Source of the DNA: Bilabrum cf. latius
Lineage: Eukaryota
Direction of reading: 5' to 3'
Assembly: GCA_965178125.1 (NCBI GenBank)
Contig: OZ237766.1
Coordinates: forward strand, 372,001 to 436,000
Length of the DNA: 64,000 nt
Below, in pieces: positions 52,801 to 61,953 of the stretch; within the stretch, counting starts at the first letter, position 1; each line of letters starts with the position of its first letter. The notes beneath the pieces are model-generated. The model was not told the origin of the DNA and did not search any database. It worked only from the letters and a program-made list of their open reading frames with translations. A program made the translations under genes and the position numbers.

Positions 52801-55236
52801 GGTTGGCACGATGGCATGGTTGGGATGGACCAACAGTCGCGTGGGACAAGACCAGATGTACGATCTATTCGGCACGCCGGAAAGCACGCTCGTCGCACGT
52901 CCAACGACGGCCCCAGGTCGATCGCAATGGTGGACATCTCGCCGAGCAGCTCCTTCTCTCGATCCAGCGTGCGCGGGCGGCAGCAACTCGGAGTCACCAT
53001 CGGGCGTGGCAGTGTAGCCAGTGGCAGTATGACGAGTGGATTGGCGGTGCAGCTGGCCATAGCAGGGGCTAGCTAGGGGAGCAAGGGCAGCAGCAGTGGT
53101 GTTGGAGGGGGCAATGCATTGGGCGATTCTGACGTCTCCAGGACGCACGGCACGATGGTGCAGCGGAACTTCTCTCGTCCGCGGCGCGCGACACCAGCTG
53201 GGAGCAACTCATCATCATCCTCGTATTCCTTGGCCTCGGATGTAGTGTCTCGAGCCACCGGATTTCAACCACCGACCGGCAGAGTCCCGGGGAATAACGT
53301 CCAGGGGAGCACAGGGAAGCAGCACTTCACCCCGGCCAAAAGTGCCCCGGGGATCGGTCAGCACCCTAACGGCAAACCGGAACAAGTGGTATGGGGTTCG
53401 GCGGGTCACCTTCCAGGATCGGCATCCACCAGGGGTGCCAACCACCAGAGACTCATGTCAGCTGACAGCGACCGACAAGACGAACCAGGCCTCTCTGAAG
53501 CAAGTCCACTGAGGAGTGCAGCAGTAGCAGCCGTCAGCCAGGCCAGGTGGACCCAGGGAACAAGCGGCCTGGCAGGCGACACGGCCCACCCGAGCCACCG
53601 AGCTGCGGCCGGTACGCTCAAGAGCACGTTCGACTCGCTGACGTCATCCAGCGGAAACGTCATCCCGGCAGACGTCAGCGGCCGAACGTATGCCTCTGGA
53701 TCCAGTCTCGGCAGCAGCGGGGCTGGGCCGAGTCTCCTCCTCGCTGGCCCCTCCGGCAACGGCACGGCCATCCACCCGAGGCGCGTCCCCATGGTGGGAC
53801 CGAGAACAGGACTGAACCTCAAGGTGCAGGGGCCCGGTCCAAGGAGGTAGCAGGTGCTGGGTCTCGTGACCGAGAATGACGTGAGAGGGATGGTGATTGC
53901 CGCGGAACAGGCAAGGAGGTCAGAGGCGCTTGTGGCGGAGGCGCGCATGCGCAGCAGTGCGATGCACCAAGGCGGTGGTAACGGGGTGTCCCGCTCCAGC
54001 GTACACGATGCGGGTTCAGAGTGGACGCATCGCACTGCAGCACGCGAACCAGAACCAGCTGGTCTCAGTCGATAGAGGAAGCCAGCAGCTGGTCGTACCG
54101 CCGTGGCCACAGCGGCGCCGGCGGGTTCCCAAAGCGGGAGCGACGATTTCGATTCCGAGTCGACCACTGGCCAGCAGCGGGGTAGACCTCGCGGCGGCTG
54201 GAGCTCCGACTCTAGCCAGAGCGTGGTCCAGGGAACAAGGGGCAGGGCATCTGGGCCGGGCCGGGGCACCGGAGCGACAGCCGGTAAGGCAGGGCGGGAC
54301 AGGAGCAGGAGCAGGAGTGCTTTCAGGCTGACAGCAGCAGCCACCAACGCGGCAAAGGTAAGACACTCTGGACCGACATGGACCTAGAGCGGAAGACCTG
54401 TCCGCGTGGCCGGCAGTACTGCAACTGCAGCGCACGACCGCGCATCTCGGGATTCCGAGCTTGAGGCTTGGAGCAGCAAGGCAGTTCCCATGTCCCAGCA
54501 ATCGGGGGATCAGGCAAGACAAGGACTAAAGGAAGGCCCCGGTAGAGTACACGCATGGAACGTGCGTGACTGGCATCACCATCCCAATTCTCATGATGCA
54601 GGCGATGCTCGGCGAGAAGGGGATGGAAGGCAAGCTGGTGGGGCCGATTGTGAGCAAGCGGATGGACACGGTGGTAGCTCAGCTGCAGGACCATGCTAGG
54701 AGCCTGATATGCAGAGCGACTGTTTCGCAGGGCTCCAGCCACACCCGGCGCTAGGCAGATCGGCGACATCAACCACGTCAGATTACGCGCCAAGCGCAAA
54801 GAGGCGAAGGGCCCAGGGACATGGCCGGTAGACGAAGAGCGGCAAACGCAAAGGGGTCCAACATGGACGACGGACCGCCCAGTAGTCCGTGCCTGCTGCT
54901 CCCGAGCCAGCCAGCGCCATTGCAACCATTTCCGTGCCGGTCGTTCCGGCCATTCCGCAGATACCAGCGGCTGTCAAGGTGCAGCGGAGGAGGAACCTCT
55001 CGCCTAGGACCAAGGCAAAGCTGCTTGGGTGGCTCTTTAGCCCAGAGCACATCGAGTACCCGTATCCAACGGACGACGAGAAGGTGCGGCTGGGGCAAGA
55101 AACCGGCCTGCCACTGGAGCGCATCTCGAATTTCTTCATCAACGCAAGGGTCAGGGTCTGGGCCAGCAAGGTCAAGAAGTTGGGCTACAAGATTGAAAGG
55201 GACCGGGCGGGGAAATCCCACGCCGTACGGAAGTGA
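49840..55236 (+). CDS. TALE-class homeodomain protein, about 1800 aa, with C-terminal homeodomain
   Basis: Seven fragments in one frame joined through 8 TAGs. Homeodomain RRRNLS..K.KLLGWLF..HIEYPYPTDDEK..L..ETGL...ISNFFINARVR; TGA stop. Confidence 0.85.
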
Positions 55237-55367
55237 TTTAGTACACACTCTATTAAAAGCTAATATTGGAGGTCTAAAATAAACAAGAGTACACAAGGTT
55301 CGAGTCGCAACGGATGCGCTATCTGCTGGGGACTGAGCCTAGTCCTCGTCATGCAGGCACGGTCCGA

Positions 55368-57413
55368 TTACGGCTCGCAGATGCCATGATCAGTCGCAGC
55401 GCCAGATCGCAGGCCTTCGCCTGCATCTGCATCTATATCTGCACCAGCACCAGCACCAGCACCAGCACCAGCACCAGCACCAGCACCAGCACCAGCACCA
55501 GCACCAGCACCAGCACCAGCACCAGCACCAGCACCAGCACCAGCACCAGCACCAGCACCAGCACCAGCACCAGCACCAGCACCAGCACCAGCACCAGCAC
55601 CAGCACTCTCACATTCGCGGATCTGCTTGTCGATAGACGCCTTGAGCACTGCCATGCGCAAGGCTGACTCAGCCGAATCGAGTTGAACGGCGGCTGCTGT
55701 AGCCTTTGCCTGCTGGAACAATGGCAGACTTGCTTTGTGGCCCCCGTTGGTTTGCAATGTCGCAATTGCCCTTTGGTACTGGAATACTGCCATGCCTCTT
55801 GACTGATGCTGTCCTAGTTCTGTGAGCATGGCAATACCCTCTTCCATTGCTGCCAAAGCCGACTCAATCAGGCCAGCATTGAGCCTGCACATAGCCATGT
55901 TGAGGATGAGCTGCGCGATGTGGACAGATTTCGGGCCGATGACTACCTCCAGCGAACGGCGAGCCTCAACGTGTTTTAGTGCCGCCTCTGTGTACCTGCC
56001 CTGATTTGCAAGTGCTGTTCCCATTGATTCAAGCACATGTGATTCTTCCGTGAAGCACTGTATACATACGTTGGGCCTGCTCAGCAGCAGCGTGGGGTCG
56101 CTTCTTATCTTTGCACCAAGTGCTTCGGCCTTCTTTGCCACCACCTCACGAAGTCGCGCAAGGTAGACGAGCTCCTCGTCATACCGACAGGCTTTCTTCA
56201 GCAGGCCACATAGAAACCTGATCCATTTTTCGTCATCAATGGATGACTCGGCGTCGATGTCCGCACACCTCTTGAGAGCCTCAATAGCCTCTCCCACTCG
56301 ACCAAGTCCAGCCAAGACGACGCCGTACTGGTACAGGACTGGGCATGCATACACTTGTGCGGGAGTGTAGTGCAGTACGGAGGTCAACAGCCTCACTGCC
56401 TCACCCATGATGTCGGCAGCGGCCTTGCCTTTGCCAGCTTGCATGAGGCGGCCCGCTTCGATGGCGAGGACATCACCCAGCGTGAACATCACGACTGCTC
56501 TGTTAAATTCATCAGCATGATCGTCTACGCCCTGCCTCTTCGTATCGGCGTCACCTGCATGATCACCGGGCCCAGCTGCGCCACTCTCGGGTCCGGTACA
56601 CTCGTTGGAGTCCTTGAAGTAGTCTTTCTCGTCAGGTTTTGCGCAGTAGTCTTCGTCGTCTTTGCCTTCCCCCTGGTATGAACCTGTGTTGGCCTGGTCG
56701 GGGTTGCCATGCCCACCAGCACCTTGCTTGACGTGACCCGCGCCGAACTTGCTGAGCATTTCGCGCGCAGCGGTCCGTATCTCATCCAGCATAGCCTGTG
56801 CTTGAGGCTCCATGCCCATGTGCCTTTGACCAGTGGCGGTTTGATGCATCAGCCGGAGGCCAACTGCGTCATGCGAAGAGCTGTACCCCTCGTGCGGCGG
56901 GTATTTGTCGAGCTGATCTCGAGCTGCTGTGCAGAAGTCTACCACTTTCTTCGACTAGTTCATGTGTAGTGGTATCTGGCACATGTGAGTTGTTGCCACC
57001 GCGAGGCAGCGGGCGTTGTCTGAATCGGACAGGTCCTCGCTGATTTTGCATTCAAGTTCCTCTCCACTGTGCATCCGCTCACAAACTGTCTTGAACGCTT
57101 CAATATAGTGTACAGCTTCTATCCGCTCGGGCTTCTGCAGCTTGTCAAGCTAGGCTGCAATCCCTTTTGCTTTGTCCAGGGTAGCAAGCGCCTCTGCAAG
57201 CCTCCCCGGGATATTGTGCAGAACTGTGGCTTGCAATGCAAGACAGTGCATTCGAACGTTTAGGTCATTAAATGAGGCACCCATATGCTGGCAAGCGAGC
57301 GCCGTTATGCTTTGCAGAGCATTGCTTGCGTCACCTGCCGCCACCATAGCATTAATAAGTTGTAAGGCGACACCAGTTTGATCAGGAACCGGGATTCCCA
57401 AGTTAATCTCCAT
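55368..57413 (-). CDS. TPR-like protein, paralogue 1, with (Gly-Ala)n tail
   Basis: TPR-like helices YQYGVVLAGLGRVGEAIEAL and MGTALANQGRYTEA. TAGs at 57150 and 56955; TAA stop. Colinear with the gene at 61954. Confidence 0.85.
55441..55606. repeat. (GCACCA)n microsatellite, about 27 units, encoding Gly-Ala on the minus strand
   Basis: Read directly from the sequence. Confidence 0.95.
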
Positions 57414-58345
57414 GACTCGGCTGACCTTTTGTGTAGAAGTAAATGTTTGTGAGTTGACCCGCTGTCTGTTTATCCCAGAGAGTCTGAAAGTGAATGGCAT
57501 GTTACGAATTGCACCACTCGTGGCCACTGGCCAATCGTGCAAACCGGAACTTGAAGCGAAGGTTCCCGTGGATCGCACGATTGCTCGGCGAGATGTGCCA
57601 CTCGTACAATACTCATGGTATCTGTAGCAACGTAAACCAATAATTGCACAGCCAAAGGGGTACATCGGATTCTGCCGATGGTCACGCACCGCGACCAAAC
57701 TATGTGGAGCCAGTCGTGACCGCAGTGCCGCCAACAAGTCAATAGCAGGGCTTAGAATTCTATAGAGAGGTTTTGGGATCTGAGATATAGGCAGAATGTT
57801 TATAAGCCGCCGTATAGGCATATTCCCGGACAAACTGTATGCTTATACTTTGACCCCGCCCACACCTCTGCCGTACTCCCCAATTACGGGGTTAGATCGA
57901 TGTTCTAGGTTGTGCTGGTGGGTGTGCTTTGTATTTGCTATTGTATCTACGTGCTGAGAGCCCTAGCAGTTCCACACGGAAGTTGCTGCGGGTGGTTGGC
58001 GGACGACAACCTCGATGTATCTACCGGTGAAGCTCGACGGCTCCCTGTTTCGCAAAGCCTGTTGGTATGTAGCAATCTAAACTACAATGCATGCAGCTGC
58101 AGTCAAGTATTTGCAGTACCCTTGTGTGAAAAGGTTGCTCGTACGTGTGTATGCAGTCACGACTCGTGACTCCAGTTGTGCCACAGCACGCTGGATGACA
58201 CTGTTGCCGCTATTGCACGTGTTGCCAACACCGCACAGAAATACAGAAATACAGAAATACATTGTTGGGTTAAGTTACCGAACCCGCCACAGATGCACCA
58301 TATCTCAGGTGATCACCTGCAGCGGTAGGAGCCCTCATAAGAGGA

Positions 58346-59316
58346 CTACAAGACCCCCGACCCTTTCAGACCAAAGGCCCCCCATGTACCGGCCCTGATG
58401 TTGGGACCTCCCTTTGTCGCCTTCAAGCCCTCCTTCGCAGCAGTCCCGGAGCCTTTATTTCGGATATCCGTAGACACACAGGCATACTGCGTGGACCCGG
58501 CATTATGCGCGGTCCAGACCCACCACGGAGTGCCCCTCCAGCCTCCGACGTCACTTCCAGGATCGTCCGGACTCGCGATCCCTCTGAGGGTCGAGCACGC
58601 ACACAATCATGCTCGTCTCTGGAACTGTCAGCGTAAATATGTGAATAGTTCCGAGGCTCCCCCTCCTGGGAGTCTTCCCGAGCTCGGTGTCCCCGGGCCC
58701 GGCTGATATAGGTGGCACCAACGGTGCAGAAACCAATCGCCCTGCTCTCCGGCAGGTAGACCGGCGCCAAAGCATTAGATGCTAAGACTAGGGCTTCAAA
58801 GAACCCATTTTCTCCACAAGGGGAGAAATCCCGTGCTGAAATGACAGTACGGGCGTCGGAATAGGTGGCACCAACGGTGCAGAAACCAATCGCCCTGCTC
58901 TCCGGCAGGTAGACCGGCGCCAAAGCATTAGATGCTAAGACTAGGGCTTCAAAGAACCCATTTTCTCCACAAGGGAAGAAATCCCGTGCTGAAATGACAG
59001 TACGGGCGTCGGAGGCGGTAAACACCTTCCCGACCGTTTGGTCGTAGACCTTCCCGCGCACATCGGCGAACGGGCCATAACCACTTCGCAGCCCCCACAG
59101 GGATCTCGAGTGGAATCGAGAGCTATTTAGCTCTTCTTCCGCTGCGCAGACGACACTCCAGGACGCCTGAACAGGGCTGTGCTGCTCAACCAGCACAGGC
59201 ACCGAACCCGGTGCAGCCGACAATGCCAATCCAGGCGTCGGCTTCTCCCATCCCATAGGAAGGAAGAATATAGCCAAAGCACTATGTGCTAAGGCTAGGG
59301 CCCATAAAGGGTCCAT
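58346..59316 (-). pseudogene. Decayed ORF for an unknown protein with a hydrophobic N-terminus
   Basis: MDPLWALALAHSALAIFFL start, an in-frame 153-bp duplication, then an apparent frameshift and TGA stops. Confidence 0.35.
58708..59013. repeat. Tandem duplication, 2 x 153 bp
   Basis: ATAGGTGGCACCAACGG...GGGCGTCGGA at 58708 and 58861; one substitution seen. Confidence 0.95.
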
Positions 59317-59608
59317 CTCCCCCACCAGGAGACTAGCACATAGCGACCGACTAGATATAGTGATTGATAGAGTCCAATTGTAAGGCACAGGAGGTACACT
59401 AGAGGCCATTCTACCAAAAACTCGATGCACGCGTGCGACGTGCCAAATTGGTCGCACGGTCTACGGGGAACAAATAAAAAGCAAGGCAACAAGGAGGTCT
59501 ATACCTGCGCTACAGCGACTTCACCACAACACGAAACGAACCAAGCTACGACAACTTTGTACACGGACATCTAATACAGTATACGATCACAGCAATTGTA
59601 TTGTGAGT

Positions 59609-59965
59609 ACGCCTCGCTGTGCAACATCTGCATTGGCCAAGGTCGAGGCTGCATGGCTTGGAAGTACTACGTTGCGCATGTAGCAGACAGCGCGCAGCGT
59701 CTGTGTACGTGTTGCAGACGTATTGCAATGATATAGCACCAGCCTTACGTGTGATGTGCCTTCATGGAGGGCTGGATGAACGCGTACACGCCTCGCTGTG
59801 CAACATCTGCATTGGCCAAGGTCGAGGCTGCATGGCTTGGAAGTACTACGTTGCGCATGTAGCAGACAGCGCGCAGCGTCTGTGTACGTGTTGCAGACGT
59901 ATTGCAATGATATAGCACCAGCCTTACGTGTGATGTGCCTTCATGTAGGGCTGGATGAACGCGTA
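59609..59965. repeat. Tandem duplication, 2 x 179 bp
   Basis: ACGCCTCGCTGTGCAAC...GAACGCGTA at 59609 and 59788; one substitution seen. Confidence 0.95.
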
Positions 59966-60114
59966 TGCATCCTACTGGCTTGTTGCCACCGCTTCAGTAC
60001 TCAGTTGATCCTTTTCTCAATTCAAAATACTCTGCTATTTGCTGCATACATCTTGAAATATGCTAAATAATGTTCAATGAGGCTACAACTTGAAGGGTGA
60101 ATGTGCAGCAATCC

Positions 60115-60758
60115 TTAGTCTAGACTCTTCAGCATCTCGCGCAGCCTACCGGCCCGCCCACCAATAGCTTGATAGTGTCCCGCCGCATAATGCAACCCTA
60201 CTAGGAGACCATGCCCGTCGCCAATATGTTCACTTTGCGTGCGCTTGAATTCCACGCAATCACACCGCACGCAGCATACTTGGCCAGTGCCTGCACTTGA
60301 GCGGTGTCGGCCCACGTGCCGTTCAACTCATGCAGCTGGAAGAAGTGATCTAGATCTTGTGGCAAGACCATTGTACCATCCTGCAGCTGGATCTCGTCCT
60401 GCAGAACATACAGTCCTTCAAACTCCGGGTCCTTCAACTCAAGGTAGTGGCGGAGTGTCTTGTTGATCTCGACACGAAAGTCAGCAACTGCCATCGATGA
60501 GTACTTGGTAGGGTCAAGCTTGGACAGCACAACACGCGCGCTGTCATAGAAGCAATTACCGTCGCTCGCAGTTGGAATGACGTTTACCCCCGAAGGCATC
60601 CTGAATGGAACGTCATGGCCAGAGTCGTCCTCGTCCTCCTGGTCTGCACGCACTGCACAGTCTGCAACGCAAGTGCAACTACACGAAATCGTGCTCCCCT
60701 GCAATATCAGTAGCCACATAAACCACCAAAACTGCATATTATTACATTTTTGTATCAT
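60115..60758 (-). pseudogene. OTU-family cysteine protease/deubiquitinase domain with a frameshift
   Basis: SDGNCFYDS (catalytic Cys) and GTWADTAQVQALA are in one frame. The His motif LHYAAGHYQAI is in another frame, shifted at about 60225. Confidence 0.75.
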
Positions 60759-61165
60759 CTCACAAGCACACAGCTGCTGAAAAGGCCTCCAAAGTTTTTG
60801 AGGTGACCAACAAAAGTGAAGGTTTATAAGGCAAATCTTGGTCTGGTGTACTGCTTATAGGCACCTTATAAATTTCTAAGCCCTGGTCAATAGGCCAACA
60901 GGGCAGCAGGTTGCTCTCTTCAAAATCAGCCTGGCTAGTAGTACTCCCTACCTTCTGGCACTACCTGTGGCGGGAAATCCCAGCTCCTACCAACAGTGAT
61001 TGCACCTGCTAACATCCACTGGCACCACTGTTGTCTACTTGGTCATGGTTGCCTTCAGGTTGTGGTGCTAAAAGACTGCAACAATCCGTTTTTGCGTCTT
61101 CCGAACCGCCTTTAGAATGGCAATGCTCGCCTCTAGAGCTGCCCACCCAGCATCGTGCAGCCAAA

Positions 61166-61686
61166 AGAAAAATTCCTGCCCCGGTCCCGCGGACCCACTG
61201 GGCTTCACACCGAATGACTGGTTCTTCACCGGTCCACCTGAATGCGGTATTCATACTAAACTACGAATGTATACGCCACTTTCCCAATGCACACGACTGG
61301 CCTAGTCGCTGCATGGCTTCCTGTTCCTGTTCACCGCCCTAGGGACCGTGTGCTTTGCTCCCAGCATTGCCACCTTGGCCCTATCCTTTCAGCTTGCACG
61401 CGCCGGTCCTGGCCGACCTGCCGTGCGCCCCCTCTATCCACCCGCCTGTTGGCCCTCTGCGTGCTGCTGGTCATGCAGCCCGCTGCCACTCGCATCTCCC
61501 TCGTGCCTTGCACCTGAAGCCCCCATTCCTCCCGTTGTGCTCTCCCTGTTGACACCGCACTATCGTCGCCTGTGCCGGTGTCCCCCTCCTCTTCTCCACC
61601 ACCTGTCCTCCTGCGCCCACCTCGTCTTCCGTCTCACCTCTGCTCCCCGTTGCTTCAATCCTGATGTTCGAGTACATATAACATAA
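61166..61686 (-). repeat. Dispersed repeat of about 520 bp, copy B (inverted relative to 30011-30534)
   Basis: Direct alignment by eye. Confidence 0.92.
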
Positions 61687-61953
61687 AGCCGAATAATACT
61701 TCCTGCAGTTCTGCATGCATCCGTATCATCTATAGCTGCCTACACTTGATGTACGATGCTACCTTGAGCCGTCGGATGGGCGCCTTACGTTGCCTGCATC
61801 GCGACCAAGTCGTGCAGCCATTGCTTCTCACTCTCTTTGTATGTCCAAATCAGTAGTCTACTATTTTGGTTGCGAGATCACATTTGCGTGCTACATAAGT
61901 GCGTGTCTGTCTGATTTGATACGCACATTACCTTAGAGCGGATAAAAACAAAC

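Noticed and set aside
55441-55606. Telomeric or interstitial telomeric repeat
   Set aside because: It is in frame within a gene as (Gly-Ala)n and recurs at the homologous position of the paralogue.
57414-57833. N-terminal extension of TPR paralogue 1 given in the ORF track
   Set aside because: Similarity to paralogue 2 (MDLGLPL) begins at MEINLGIPV, ATG 57413.
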